The notes: generated from the letters alone by a model not told the origin. A stretch of 64,000 nt of DNA from Nitrospirota bacterium (GCA_963699545.1 CAVOUE010000005.1:288001-352000), one strand, 5' to 3'; shown: positions 9,680-20,320, counted from the first letter of the stretch. Translations and numbers: made by a program.

Positions 9680-10692
9680 CGTTCTTTCCTCCTGAGAAAA
9701 TCACTGATGACCCCAGCGACCTCTTCTACTGTTATCATATCCATGCAGAGGGGACTTTTGCAAGACCTCTTATAGCAGGGAGAGCATGCCATTTCCTTCC
9801 GGATCACCGTATGCCCTCTTCCGTAAGGCCCTGTCCTTGCCGGGTTGGCAGGTCCGAACAGGGCAAAGACGGGAACATCGAGAGCAGCGGCAATATGCAT
9901 GGGACCGGTATCGTTGCTCACCATGAATCGGGCGTCCTTTATGACCGACGCCAACCCCTTCAGGTCCGTCCTGCCTGCCAGGGACAATGCCTTCCCCTTT
10001 GACACTCTGACCACCGCCTCCGCAAGGAGCCTGTCGCCCCTGCTGCCGACAACAACAGTTCTCAGGGGCAGCCGTGCAGCCAGTTCACCGAACCTCTCTG
10101 CCGACCAGCGGTTCACCGGCTTTCTCGCGCCCGGAGCCATCACCGCATACTCCCCGGGGACGAACAATCCTTCCTTCACCCCGTCGGCGAGCTGGGGAAG
10201 AGGGAACCGGACCCCGGATACATCGCATCCGAGATACGCCGCGATCTTCAGGTACCGGTCCACAGCGTGAACATCCTTGCCCCCGGCGACCCGGTGAGTG
10301 TAAAAAAGACTGCTGCCCTCTCTCGCCTCCTCAAAGCCTATGCGCATGGGCGCTCCGGTGGCCTTTGCGATAAGGCCGCTCCTGAAAAGCCCCTGGAGGT
10401 CAATGACGCAGTCAAAGCGCGCGGCCCTGAGACCCCTGAAAAGTGTGCGTAACTCTGCAACGGTGGAATAAACCCTTGTTATCTTCTTCCACTCATCCTT
10501 GCGAATGACCCATACTTTCTTGAGCATGGGGTGGCCGTCAAGGATCCCTTCCAGTCCTTTTGCAACGAGCCAGTGGATCTCCGAACCGGAGAAACACCGG
10601 TGGAGAGCATCAAGGACCGCAAGGCTGTGAACGATATCACCAAGGGAGCTTGGTTTTATGATGAGGATCTTTTTAGGAGCGAGCTTCGACAT
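9676..10692 (-). CDS. waaC: LPS heptosyltransferase (GT9), WaaC-like
   Basis: KILIIKPSSLGDIVH, DLQGLFRS, SNDTGPMHIA. Confidence 0.75.
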   Translation of the reverse strand: MSKLAPKKILIIKPSSLGDIVHSLAVLDALHRCFSGSEIHWLVAKGLEGILDGHPMLKKVWVIRKDEWKKITRVYSTVAELRTLFRGLRAARFDCVIDLQGLFRSGLIAKATGAPMRIGFEEAREGSSLFYTHRVAGGKDVHAVDRYLKIAAYLGCDVSGVRFPLPQLADGVKEGLFVPGEYAVMAPGARKPVNRWSAERFGELAARLPLRTVVVGSRGDRLLAEAVVRVSKGKALSLAGRTDLKGLASVIKDARFMVSNDTGPMHIAAALDVPVFALFGPANPARTGPYGRGHTVIRKEMACSPCYKRSCKSPLCMDMITVEEVAGVISDFLRRKER

Positions 10693-12241
10693 CTCCGGTC
10701 CTTACAGCGTTCATTATGAGATCCACCGCCTCTTTCAATCCTTCCACCACATGATCCGCGTGGGCTGAATCCCTCTGCTGGCCTGTCTTCACAAACAGCG
10801 CCTTTGCCCCCACCGCCTTCGCCAGCATCATATCGGCGTCCTTGTCCCCTACGACATACGATCTCTTGAGGTCGATACCATGTTTATTGCGTGCGTCATG
10901 CAGCATCCCCGGCTCCGGTTTCCTGCAGGAGCAGTTATCCTCCGGAAGATGGGGGCAGTAAAAGAAATCATCGAACCCGTATCGTTCCACAAAGACATTG
11001 TTTATCTCCCGTGCAAACCCTTCCTCCACCAGCCCTCTCGCTATTCCTGACTGGTTTGTGACGCCGACGAGCCTGAACCCAAGGTCCTTCAGCGCAGCCA
11101 GGTCATCAATGCCGGGGAGAAGCCTGAAATCATCTCGTCTGCTGAGGTAATGCACATCCTCACAAAGGGTTCCGTCCCTGTCAAAAAAGACTGCAGGCAT
11201 GCCGGGCAAGAGTTGCTTTACCGCCAGATACACGTCGTCCGACAGAATATCATGCATGCACTGTATATAATCGTTCGTACAGCTGCGTTCAAAACACGGG
11301 CTGCAGGGGAGTTTCGGATGTATCACCCTATTGCCCTCTCCCACCGGACCGGTGAGGTCGGGAGAAGTGGAACCGAAGAGCGCCACCAGCGGCGTTCCCG
11401 CTGCGTATGCGATATGCATGGGTCCGGAATCATTCGAGAGAAAGACATCGCACTCCGAGATGAAGCCTATAAGCTCCCTCAGAGAGGTGGCGCCCGCCAG
11501 GTTCAGCAGCGTCCCCTCAGATCCATGAAAGCGCCCTTCAGAACGACGCTGCTCAATCGTGATCAGCCGTTCGATCTCCTGCGCGATAGCGCCCTCATTC
11601 GGTCCGCCGAACATCACCACGCTCCCTTTTGTATCTCGCATGAACCAGCACGCAACTTCTGCGAACCGCGCAGGAAGCCATCTCTTCGCAGAACCGTAGG
11701 CAGCGCCGGGGTTCATCCCGAGGACCGGCCTCCTTAACCCCTTTAAGCTGTCCCGTGCGGCAAGGCGTTCTTCGAGGGAGAGAAATATCCAGGGTTTCGA
11801 AAAGGCTGCAGATATCCCTGCTGCCTTCAGGAGGTTAAGGTAGTAATCGATGTGGTGGGCCTTCCTGTCGTTATTGTCATACGGGATCCGTTTCGTGAGA
11901 AATCTCCCCCTGCCGTCCCTGTCATACCCCACCCTTTCGGGGATACCCGAAAGATAGGAAATCAGCGCTGCGTCAAAGGCGTTTTGAAAGAGAAAAGCCG
12001 TGGAGAACCCCGCCTTCCTCAATCTGCCCGCAAGTTTCAGTTTCCCGGTGATCCCTTTTTCTTCATAGAGAATGACCTCGTCAACAAACGGGTTCTTATC
12101 GAAGATAGCTGCGACAGAAGGCCTGACGAGCAGGCTCAGGTGTGAGTCCGGATACGCCTTCTTCAGCGCCCTCAGCGCAGGCAGGGTCATCACGGCATCC
12201 CCGATCCAGTTCACGCCCCTCACGAGAATGTTTTCGTTCAT
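10673..12241 (-). CDS. waaF: Heptosyltransferase II (WaaF) fused to GmhB-like heptose-bisphosphate phosphatase
   Basis: N-term RGVNWIGDAVM, NPGAAYGSAKRW; C-term HAD FDRDGT, VTNQSG, CPH..C.CRKP, VGD. Confidence 0.85.
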   Translation of the reverse strand: MNENILVRGVNWIGDAVMTLPALRALKKAYPDSHLSLLVRPSVAAIFDKNPFVDEVILYEEKGITGKLKLAGRLRKAGFSTAFLFQNAFDAALISYLSGIPERVGYDRDGRGRFLTKRIPYDNNDRKAHHIDYYLNLLKAAGISAAFSKPWIFLSLEERLAARDSLKGLRRPVLGMNPGAAYGSAKRWLPARFAEVACWFMRDTKGSVVMFGGPNEGAIAQEIERLITIEQRRSEGRFHGSEGTLLNLAGATSLRELIGFISECDVFLSNDSGPMHIAYAAGTPLVALFGSTSPDLTGPVGEGNRVIHPKLPCSPCFERSCTNDYIQCMHDILSDDVYLAVKQLLPGMPAVFFDRDGTLCEDVHYLSRRDDFRLLPGIDDLAALKDLGFRLVGVTNQSGIARGLVEEGFAREINNVFVERYGFDDFFYCPHLPEDNCSCRKPEPGMLHDARNKHGIDLKRSYVVGDKDADMMLAKAVGAKALFVKTGQQRDSAHADHVVEGLKEAVDLIMNAVRTGDVEARS

Positions 12242-12327
12242 CGTTTAATTTACCATAAAGAGAAAGCCAGATGGTTTAATCGTTCGTGATCGGGCAGCCG
12301 GTCCGGCAGAAGAGTGACGAGGGCGTA

Positions 12328-12609
12328 TTATCGGTAGCTGTCCTTACGGGAATCGACAGCCAGCATATATACAATGCGCTCTCTTTCGTCGATTTCATAA
12401 AAGAACCGATACCTGTCGATTCTGTATCGCCACGTGTCAGGCTCGTAGTGCTTCAGTTTCTTAATGTTTTTCCCAAAGAAAGGGTTCATCCTGAGTTGAG
12501 GATAGACATATTCTGAAAGTTTCTTCCTGATCCGTACCCCTCGCCCCTCGAAATCCCTGGTCAGGTCTTCAATGAACTGCTCGGTCTCAAAGATCCTGAA
12601 TTTAACCAA
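12328..12609 (-). CDS. RelE/ParE-family toxin
   Basis: 93 aa basic protein, NIKKL...WRYRI..YR.FYEID; overlaps upstream small gene. Confidence 0.8.
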   Translation of the reverse strand: MVKFRIFETEQFIEDLTRDFEGRGVRIRKKLSEYVYPQLRMNPFFGKNIKKLKHYEPDTWRYRIDRYRFFYEIDERERIVYMLAVDSRKDSYR

Positions 12610-12850
12610 CCATCCGTCCCTTCTTCAATGTGGCGTGACTATGGCCCCGTTCGAGTTTCTTGAGCAACCGGGTATTCGAAAATATTTCCTCCATTTCAAA
12701 ATCACCGGCCAGCGTTTCTTCATCGAGCTTCTTCAAGGCAAGCGTTTCTATCAGGTTCGCGACGCTCCGGTTGTCTTCAGCCGCCGCTTGATTGAGTTTC
12801 TCATACGTCCTGTCACTCAGCCGCAATGTTATGGTTTTTGGCATTTGCAT
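12602..12850 (-). CDS. Ribbon-helix-helix antitoxin
   Basis: KTITLRLSD..YEKL..AA..DNRS..NLIE; upstream of relE-like gene. Confidence 0.75.
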   Translation of the reverse strand: MQMPKTITLRLSDRTYEKLNQAAAEDNRSVANLIETLALKKLDEETLAGDFEMEEIFSNTRLLKKLERGHSHATLKKGRMVG

Positions 12851-12878
12851 TCACCTTCTTTCTTTTTACTTCAGTGTT

Positions 12879-12907
12879 ATTCTAATTCATTCCATCCGGA
12901 TTTTCAA
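12879..12907 (-). promoter_or_regulatory. Sigma70-type promoter of the TA pair
   Basis: TTGAAA-17 bp-TAGAAT on minus strand. Confidence 0.6.
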
Positions 12908-12990
12908 GTCATTATAGGTCTTTTGACAGGTTTCACCGACATGACAGGTATGGCGAAATGAAACAAATGCGGGTTTCCGAAAAAAGTCTG

Positions 12991-13081
12991 GCTTAACGCT
13001 TGCCTTAACCAGCGCGGGCGACCAGCAAAAATGAAAAAAGGAGCAGGCTTATTCCGCGTCTGGTTGAAGGCGTTGTTCGAC
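12991..13081 (-). mobile_element. Integron attC site (91 bp)
   Basis: Minus strand GTCGAAC...GCCTT[C]AACCAG[A]CGCGG...CCGCGCTGGTTAAGGC...GTTAAGC, starting right after the stop codon; two extrahelical bases; GTTRRRY core. Confidence 0.85.
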
Positions 13082-14026
13082 TCAGTTTTTATTGAATTCC
13101 TTTAATTGCCTGTATTGTTCGTGCGTTAAATTTCTGTATGGCGATCTTTCTTTGGAGAAATTACCAAATCCATCCAGTCCTTGTATAGCGTCAATGGTGA
13201 TAGGTTTTTTCATAATCACCATTGTGTCAGGCGCAAAGTAATTACTCCAAGGATAATTAGGCTCTTCATTAGTTCGTTCGACTCTCTCAATTTCAACTTC
13301 AATAGTAATCGCCTTTAGGTTCTTGTCATACAATAATAATTTTCTGCCAGTTCCATCGAGGTTTTTATATTCGCGCGGTGTATTCCACCGTGTCCATAAT
13401 CCTCTCCTCATCTCATCAATGTATTTGTCATGGTATACCTCTGATTTGTTGCCGAAAGCGACTTTTGAGATAATTCCAACGATATCCTGTTCAAAAATTG
13501 AGTCTCTAATGAGGTCTAAATATTGCTCAATAATTGATTTAAAAACTCCATGTTTGTCGCTAATGTACTGTCTCAAATAATCATAAACCTTCTTCCATTC
13601 CAAGTGGCGTATAATTTTGCCATTAATCTGCAAAAACTTATGGATATAACTGCTATTTGAATCATCCGGCGTCAACAAGACCAGCACCTGCTGTTTATGA
13701 GCATCGTCAGCAAATACTTCCAAATGTTTATTGATTTGATCATCCCTCAATGTAGCTGAAACAATTTTTGTCTCAAATTGAATGGATGACAACTTTCCAA
13801 TAAGTTTTGCATCAGCCGTACTCTTGGTTTCATATCCCTCTAATACTTGAAAGTATTCATAATCATCAGGCGTATCTAACCCAAGCAAGCGATTCAAGAA
13901 ATGATTCACGAAATTAGCGTCATGAATATTGCCGAGGCTTAGAATTGAAATTAGGCCATTTGTAAAATGGTTTTCTTTTTGGCTATAGCTACTAAAAATA
14001 TTCACCGTTTTATTTGTCTTTATCAT
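13082..14026 (-). CDS. Cassette gene: PD-(D/E)XK nuclease-like N-terminus plus EVE/PUA-like C-terminus
   Basis: AT-rich; ENH.T, STADA...FETK...DQ..KHL; C-term W...LLLY...I...YPW...PI...LT.EQY. Confidence 0.6.
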   Translation of the reverse strand: MIKTNKTVNIFSSYSQKENHFTNGLISILSLGNIHDANFVNHFLNRLLGLDTPDDYEYFQVLEGYETKSTADAKLIGKLSSIQFETKIVSATLRDDQINKHLEVFADDAHKQQVLVLLTPDDSNSSYIHKFLQINGKIIRHLEWKKVYDYLRQYISDKHGVFKSIIEQYLDLIRDSIFEQDIVGIISKVAFGNKSEVYHDKYIDEMRRGLWTRWNTPREYKNLDGTGRKLLLYDKNLKAITIEVEIERVERTNEEPNYPWSNYFAPDTMVIMKKPITIDAIQGLDGFGNFSKERSPYRNLTHEQYRQLKEFNKN

Positions 14027-14050
14027 TTTTGCCTTATTTTATTTATGGCT

Positions 14051-14070
14051 GTCGAACCAGTTATTAGATA
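14051..14070 (-). mobile_element. attI-like recombination site / cassette core site
   Basis: Minus strand TATCTAAT-AACTG-GTTCGAC; GTTCGAC is the exact complement of the GTCGAAC inverse core of the attC. Confidence 0.55.
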
Positions 14071-14401
14071 GTTTCTCGATAACTCCGGAATTTTCCAGTC
14101 TCCGCAATCTGCCACAGACATCACTCCCGGAATAACTGATTGTTTTATTGTGTCATTGTGATTGGCTAATATTACTTTTGTGATGTTATCGAGTTTTCTG
14201 TCTAACACGCAACCCCCCGGTGGCAAGTTTGTTATACCCCACCAGAAGTGTCCGAGTCAAGAGCGGAGAGCCCGTTGATTTCCAGTCGTAAGCCATGGCA
14301 AATGACAAGCTGCAGGAAAGCAAGATTCCAGGAAGCACATCGCCCTGCATGTTTTGAGGTGAAGCCGGTTCTTTCCCTGGCACGGTGCACTCCGTCATAT
14401 C

Positions 14402-15076
14402 TTACGCCCTTTCATCATAATGCACGATCCACGGACTGTATCCCTCTTCGGCCATCGCCTTCGCGCGGACAAAGGCCTCCTCCTTGCCCTGGAATTTCCC
14501 TATCCTGACCCGATAGTAAACGGTACTGTTCACGGATGCTTCGACGATATACACATCTCTGTGTTTCAGATCCAGTCCTGACTTCAGACGGAGGGCATTC
14601 TCCCTCTCCCGGAAAGCGCCCACTTGAATGGTATAGGGACCGCCCGATGCCGAATACTTCACTTCCTTTCTATATCCCGAATCGCGGCCGACATAAGAGA
14701 TCCTGACGGCAGCGGTGCCCGGACCGATAAGGCCGATCTCCCTCGCAGCAGCATACGACAGGTCGATATCCCTCCCGGAAACAAGGGGACCCCTGTCGTT
14801 CACTACGCACCGCACTGTCTTTCCATTGGAGGTATTCGTCACCTGGAGCAGCGTGCCGAAGGGAAGCTCTCTGTGGGCGCAGGTGAGACCGTACATGTCG
14901 AATTTTTCTCCCGATGCCGTCGGTCTTCCGTGAAATTCGGCGCCGTACCACGAGGCGACAGCAGTGCGAGGGTCATCATAGGTTTCGAAGCGGGAAGACG
15001 CACAGGATACCAAAGAGATAACAGTGACAAGCAACAAGCAACGAGTAACAAGTGATAGTGGATAGAGCCTGTCCAT
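14402..15076 (-). CDS. rlpA: Septal lytic transglycosylase RlpA lipoprotein with SPOR domain
   Basis: Lipobox LVSC; ASWYG..FHGR.TASGE, VNDRGP, IDLS; SPOR IQVGAF...YRVRIG. Confidence 0.9.
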   Translation of the reverse strand: MDRLYPLSLVTRCLLLVTVISLVSCASSRFETYDDPRTAVASWYGAEFHGRPTASGEKFDMYGLTCAHRELPFGTLLQVTNTSNGKTVRCVVNDRGPLVSGRDIDLSYAAAREIGLIGPGTAAVRISYVGRDSGYRKEVKYSASGGPYTIQVGAFRERENALRLKSGLDLKHRDVYIVEASVNSTVYYRVRIGKFQGKEEAFVRAKAMAEEGYSPWIVHYDERA

Positions 15077-15147
15077 AAAATCGTTATAGTCAGGCAAGAT
15101 GCCCGGCTTACAAATTACCACTAAATGCAATCGATACTATTTACTAC

Positions 15148-16482
15148 TTACAGGATATATCTGCTGAGGTCTTCGTCTTTCACGATTTCCGAGAGCTGCG
15201 CACGGACATACTGTCTGTCGATGACCAGTTCACCGTCTTTCCTCTCCGGGGCCTCAAAGGACACATCCTCAAGGAGCTTCTCGAGCACCGTATGGAGCCT
15301 CCGCGCTCCGATGTTCTCGGTCTTCTCATTGACCAGCGCCGCGATATCCGCTATCTCATCAATGGCATCGTCGGTGAACTCAATCTTCATATCCTCGGTT
15401 GCCAGCAACGCGATATACTGCTTTGTGAGGGCATTGTTCGGTTCCTTAAGGATGCGTATGAACTCATCCTTGCCCAGATGCTCCAGTTCCACTCGTATGG
15501 GAAATCTTCCCTGCAGCTCCGGAATGAGGTCCGAAGGCTTTGTCATATGAAACGCGCCCGCCGCAATAAAAAGGATGTGGTCGGTGTGGACAGGGCCGTG
15601 CTTCGTCGTCACGGTGGAGCCTTCCACTATGGGCAGGAGGTCCCTCTGCACCCCTTCCCGCGATACGTCAGGACCGTAGCTTGACCCCTTGCTGGCGATC
15701 TTGTCGATCTCATCAAGAAAGACGATCCCTGCCTGTTCCACTCTCCCGATCGCTTCCCTGGTCACCCTGTCCATGTCGATAAGTTTGCCCGCCTCCTCCT
15801 GGACAAGCATGACCAACGCCTCCGGCACCCTGACCTTCTTCCTCTTCTGTTTCTCGGGAAGAAAGTTGCCGAGCATCTCTTTCAGATTGATCTCCAGGTC
15901 TTCAAGCCCGACATTGGACACGACGCCGAAGGGCATCGCCCTTTCCTTCACCTCGATGTCAACGTACCGGGAATCGAGCTTGCCCTCGCGGAGTTGCTGC
16001 CTCAGCCGTTCTCTCGTCTGGCGGTGTTTCTCCTTCTCCTCTTCAATATCGACCCCCCTAGCAGACCGGGGGGGAAGAAGGTAATCGAGCAGCCTTTCTT
16101 CGGCCAGGGCCCTTGCCCTTTCCTGGACCTTTTCCATATGCTCGGTCTTGACCATGTTCAGCGACAGTTCCGTGAGGTCCCTGATCATGGACTCAACGTC
16201 ACGGCCCACATATCCCACTTCGGTGAACTTTGACGCCTCGATCTTCAGGAAAGGCGCATTGGCAAGCCGTGCAAGTCTCCTGGCGATCTCGGTCTTACCG
16301 ACACCGGTGGGTCCTATCATGATGATATTTTTTGGAAGCACTTCATCCCTGATGTCGGCGGAGAGCCGCTGCCTCCTCCACCGGTTCCGTAACGCGACGG
16401 CGACCGCCTTCTTGGCCTTATGCTGGCCTATGATATAACGGTCCAGCTCTTCCACTATCCTCTTCGGTGTAAGATTATCCAT
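15148..16482 (-). CDS. hslU: ATP-dependent protease ATPase subunit HslU
   Basis: [43 protein letters not shown]. Confidence 0.97.
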   Translation of the reverse strand: MDNLTPKRIVEELDRYIIGQHKAKKAVAVALRNRWRRQRLSADIRDEVLPKNIIMIGPTGVGKTEIARRLARLANAPFLKIEASKFTEVGYVGRDVESMIRDLTELSLNMVKTEHMEKVQERARALAEERLLDYLLPPRSARGVDIEEEKEKHRQTRERLRQQLREGKLDSRYVDIEVKERAMPFGVVSNVGLEDLEINLKEMLGNFLPEKQKRKKVRVPEALVMLVQEEAGKLIDMDRVTREAIGRVEQAGIVFLDEIDKIASKGSSYGPDVSREGVQRDLLPIVEGSTVTTKHGPVHTDHILFIAAGAFHMTKPSDLIPELQGRFPIRVELEHLGKDEFIRILKEPNNALTKQYIALLATEDMKIEFTDDAIDEIADIAALVNEKTENIGARRLHTVLEKLLEDVSFEAPERKDGELVIDRQYVRAQLSEIVKDEDLSRYIL

Positions 16483-17008
16483 GCAACTCCTCTACCGTGA
16501 TCACGCTGTTGGTATAGATGCAAATGGATGCAGCGATCTGCATCGCCCTGTCAACGATCTCCTTCGCCGACAGGGGGGTGTTCTCATACAACGCTGTCGC
16601 GGCTGCCTGCGCAAAAGGTCCTCCTGAACCGATCGCCGCAACGCCGCTTTCCGGCTCTATTACATCCCCGTTGCCGGAGATGATGAACGTATGTTCCGTA
16701 TCGGCGATGATCAGGAGCGCCTCGAGCCTGCGGAGCACCTTGTCCGTCCTCCAGTCCTTTGCAAGCTCCACCGCCGCCCTCGTAATATTGCCCCTGTACG
16801 ATTCGATCTTCGCCTCGAATTTCTCAAAAAGGGTAAAGGCGTCCGCAGTCGCGCCGGAGAATCCTGCGACGATCTTGTCGTTATACATCCTCCGGATCTT
16901 CTTCGCATTGTGCTTCAGCACGGTAGTGCCGAACGTGACCTGACCGTCTCCGCCTATCGCTACCTTCCCGTCCCTTCTGACACAGAGTATCGTCGTCCCT
17001 TTAAACAT
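16475..17008 (-). CDS. hslV: ATP-dependent protease peptidase subunit HslV
   Basis: TTIL..RR, GDGQVT, DWRTD..LRRLEA, IGSGG, ICIYTN. Confidence 0.97.
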   Translation of the reverse strand: MFKGTTILCVRRDGKVAIGGDGQVTFGTTVLKHNAKKIRRMYNDKIVAGFSGATADAFTLFEKFEAKIESYRGNITRAAVELAKDWRTDKVLRRLEALLIIADTEHTFIISGNGDVIEPESGVAAIGSGGPFAQAAATALYENTPLSAKEIVDRAMQIAASICIYTNSVITVEELHG

Positions 17009-17080
17009 CTCCGGGCATCCTCCTTCTTCCACTCCGGATTAATGAGGTCGGCCACGTATCCCGTCTCACCTCGCTCCCTG

Positions 17081-17973
17081 TCATTCTTCTCCCTCTTTCG
17101 ACAGGGGGTGCGCCTTATCATACACATCCATCAGATGAGTGATATCAAGATGGGTGTATCTCTGGGTTGTTGAAAGGGATGAATGACCAAGCAGTTCCTG
17201 GATCACCCTCAGGTCCGCGCCGCCCTGGAGCAGGTGGGTCGCAAAGGTATGCCTGAGGGTATGGGGCCCTATCCTGCTGTCAAGCAAAACCGCCCTCGCA
17301 TACTTTACTACTATACGTCTTACCCCCCTGTCTGTCAACCGTGTTCCGCTCCGGTTCAGGAAAAGGGCCCGGTCCTTTTTCTTCAGAAGAACTCTCTCGA
17401 TCGTATAGGTCTTCAGGGCCTCCACCGCTTTTTTTCCCATGGGAACGATCCGTCTCCTTCTTTCCCTTTCCCCCTCACCTTCACAAAACCCTCCCTTACA
17501 TTCAGGTCATCGCTGTTCAGACCCGCCAGTTCGCTCACCCTGAGACCGCTGGAATAGAGCAGTTCAAGGATCGCCCTGTCCCTTGCAGGGGAAAACCCTA
17601 TCCCTTCGGGCTTCTCGATAAGTGAGAAGACGTCATCAACGGTGAGGAATTTCGGGAGGAGCTTCGGCAGTTTCGGCGTATTCACCAGCTTTGCGGGATT
17701 CGATTTGATATAGCCTTCCCTCACGAGGAACCTGAAGAAGGACCTGATGCTCGCCAGTCTCCTGCCCGCCGTGCTCTTCTTCAGTCCGTCATTTATCTGC
17801 CCGGCAACGAACCCTCTCACGTCCAGCATCTCGATGTCCTCCGGGCGGGACTTTGTGTATGCAAAGAAGGCGTCTATGTCTTTCCCGTATGACCTGATCG
17901 TATGCTCCGACGCACCACGCTCTGTGGAAAGATATCTCAGGAACTCGTCCCTGTAAGCCGTATAGTCCTTCAC
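17081..17973 (-). CDS. xerC: Tyrosine recombinase XerC (one frameshift near 17460)
   Basis: [43 protein letters not shown]...TTQRYT; trmFO-xerC-hslVU synteny. Confidence 0.9.
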
Positions 17974-19292
17974 AGCCGGATCCTTTCGAGATACTCTTCC
18001 CAGTCCTTTGCCGCCCTCTCCACGAGCATTTTTTTCCTCAGCTCCTTCTTCCTGCCGGAATTCACCGGAGGGAAAAGGCCGAAGTTTATATTGCTCGGCT
18101 GGAAATTTCGGGCCGGTGTGGTGATATGCCGGATGAGAGCGCCGTGGGCAGTGGTGTCGGGTACTGAAACGGCTTCCCTCCGGAGAATGCCCCTTGCGGC
18201 ATTTATCCCGGCCGCAAGTCCCATCGCGGTTGACTCTATATACCCTTCAACACCGGTTATCTGCCCGGCGAGGTATACGCCCTCTTTGGCTTTAAAGGTC
18301 AGGTCCGCGTTTAACATGAGCGGTGCATTGATGAAGGTATTCCGGTGCAGACTGCCGAACCTGAGGAATTCAGCCTTCCCGAGCCCGGGTATCATCCTGA
18401 AGACCCGCTGCTGCTCCGGCCATTTCAACCGCGTCTGAAATCCGACCATATTATATGCCGAACCGTCCCTGTTCTCGGGCCGCAGCTGGACAACAGCATG
18501 GGGTTCCCTCCCTGTCTTCGGGTCACGGAGCCCGACGGGCTTCATGGGACCGAACCGTAATGTATCCCTTCCCCTGGAGGCCATAACTTCCACAGGCATG
18601 CACCCTTCAAAGACCTTTTGGCTTTCAAAGTCCCTGACGTTCACCCGGTCGGATTCGATCAGGGCATCGAAGAATTTCCCGTATTCCTCCGGTGTCATGG
18701 GGCAATTGATATAATCATCGCCGCCTTTGCCGTATCTCGAAGCAAAATAGACCTTGTCGAGCTCGATGCTCGCGGCGTCGATGATGGGAGAAATGGCGTC
18801 ATAAAAATAGAGGTGTTCATTCCCCGTGATCCCGCCCAGGGCGTCTGCCATTCGGGCCGACGTCAGGGGACCGGTGGCGATGATGCACGGGGCACGAGGT
18901 ATCTCCCTCACCTCTTCCCTCACCACTTCTATGTTCGGGTTGCCGGAAACAGTGTCGGTCAGAAACCCGGAAAAGAGCGCCCTGTCCACCGCAACGGCGC
19001 TCCCTGCGGGAACCCTTGCCGCCTCTGCCGCCTGCATTATCAGGGAACCGGCCGCTTCCAGTTCCTTCTTCAGCAGACCCGGTGCGCTCATGACATCACC
19101 GGAACGCAGGGAATTTGAGCAGACCAGTTCTCCCAGAAACCCGGTCTTATGGGCCTCGGTGAGTTTGAGCGGCCTCATCTCAAAGAGCGTCACCTTTATG
19201 CCCCGAATAGCGGCCTGCCACGCGGCCTCGCTCCCTGCGAGGCCTCCCCCGACGATGATCAATTCGTTCATTGAACTATTCTCGATTTCCAT
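17970..19292 (-). CDS. trmFO: tRNA (uracil-5-)-methyltransferase TrmFO/Gid
   Basis: GGGLAGSEAA, ELVCSNS, FEGCMP, GFQTRLK, AGQITGVEGY; start may be 19271. Confidence 0.95.
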   Translation of the reverse strand: MEIENSSMNELIIVGGGLAGSEAAWQAAIRGIKVTLFEMRPLKLTEAHKTGFLGELVCSNSLRSGDVMSAPGLLKKELEAAGSLIMQAAEAARVPAGSAVAVDRALFSGFLTDTVSGNPNIEVVREEVREIPRAPCIIATGPLTSARMADALGGITGNEHLYFYDAISPIIDAASIELDKVYFASRYGKGGDDYINCPMTPEEYGKFFDALIESDRVNVRDFESQKVFEGCMPVEVMASRGRDTLRFGPMKPVGLRDPKTGREPHAVVQLRPENRDGSAYNMVGFQTRLKWPEQQRVFRMIPGLGKAEFLRFGSLHRNTFINAPLMLNADLTFKAKEGVYLAGQITGVEGYIESTAMGLAAGINAARGILRREAVSVPDTTAHGALIRHITTPARNFQPSNINFGLFPPVNSGRKKELRKKMLVERAAKDWEEYLERIRL

Positions 19293-19371
19293 GCGGGTTC
19301 TATCAAGGGAATATGATGCAACGTTTCATCCACTTCATTGTGAGAGGCAAGCAACAACGAGCCTTGATCGC

Positions 19372-19974
19372 TCACCTGATAAACTTTTTTTTCCAGTAGA
19401 TATAGACCGCCACGATGATCGCCGATCCTATGAGAAGCCCGATGGTGATCTGGGTGAGATATCTCTTGATCAGCTCTTCCTCTTGTCCGATGAGATAGCC
19501 GAGTCCGAGGAGAACGGTCACCCAGAAACCGGCGCCAAGCGCAGTATAGGACGTAAATTTCAGATGGTTCATCCTCCCGAGACCGGCGGGAAATGATATA
19601 AGGTGCCGCACAACAGGGATAAGCCTCCCTATGAACGTGGTGATCTCACCATGGTTATGGAAATACTCGTCGACCTTCAGGAACTTCTCCTTTGACACCC
19701 CGGCATATTTGCCGTATCTGAGGATGAATGGTCTCCCGAGCCAGAGGGCGATGAAATAGTTGAAATAGGCCCCGGCGACACTGCCCGTCACGCCGCATAA
19801 AAGACTGAGAGGAAAATTCATCCTGCCCTGCTGCACAAGATATCCGGCAGGGATCATCACCGCCTCGCTGGGTATCGGCACAAAGGTGCTCTCCAGGGCC
19901 ATCATGATGAAGATCCCGGGATAGCCGAGGTCGCCCACTGTCTGAACAAGCCATCTCAGAGCCTCTTGAATCAT
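19372..19974 (-). CDS. DedA family membrane protein
   Basis: ES...PIPSE..M..AG, F.GRLIP.VRHLIS.PAG. Confidence 0.9.
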   Translation of the reverse strand: MIQEALRWLVQTVGDLGYPGIFIMMALESTFVPIPSEAVMIPAGYLVQQGRMNFPLSLLCGVTGSVAGAYFNYFIALWLGRPFILRYGKYAGVSKEKFLKVDEYFHNHGEITTFIGRLIPVVRHLISFPAGLGRMNHLKFTSYTALGAGFWVTVLLGLGYLIGQEEELIKRYLTQITIGLLIGSAIIVAVYIYWKKKFIR

Positions 19975-20320
19975 CGCATCTTAATAATAGCATTAGGCTC
20001 AGGAATGTTTCAAAACTTTTGGAATGAGCACGATTGCTGAAGTGGATGTTTAGTTATCGAGAATGGATGAGTCCTCACAGGAATCTTCAGTGTAGAGCAT
20101 CTTGATTATTGTGAGGGGTACGAGGGAACTCATTACATATGTAACCTTAAAATCATAGATCCCCATCGCTTGTCCCGCGCCTTGCGGGGAGTGCGAGCTT
20201 CAGCAACGCTGAAAATGGGACCTGTTGTTTTTCTTTTTCTCGCAGACTCTCAACATTACTATCGGAAATAGAAACACTTCGGCAAATAGCTGACGTGCGT
20301 GTTTTCAGGTGCACACCGCT

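Noticed and set aside
12328-12990. RelE/RHH TA pair as a second integron cassette
   Set aside because: No inverse core (GCTTAAC) or attC hairpin is visible after the toxin stop
17081-17973. Tyrosine recombinase about 3 kb from the attC/attI as the integron integrase
   Set aside because: It sits in the canonical trmFO-xerC-hslVU context and shows no IntI-specific insertion; it is XerC
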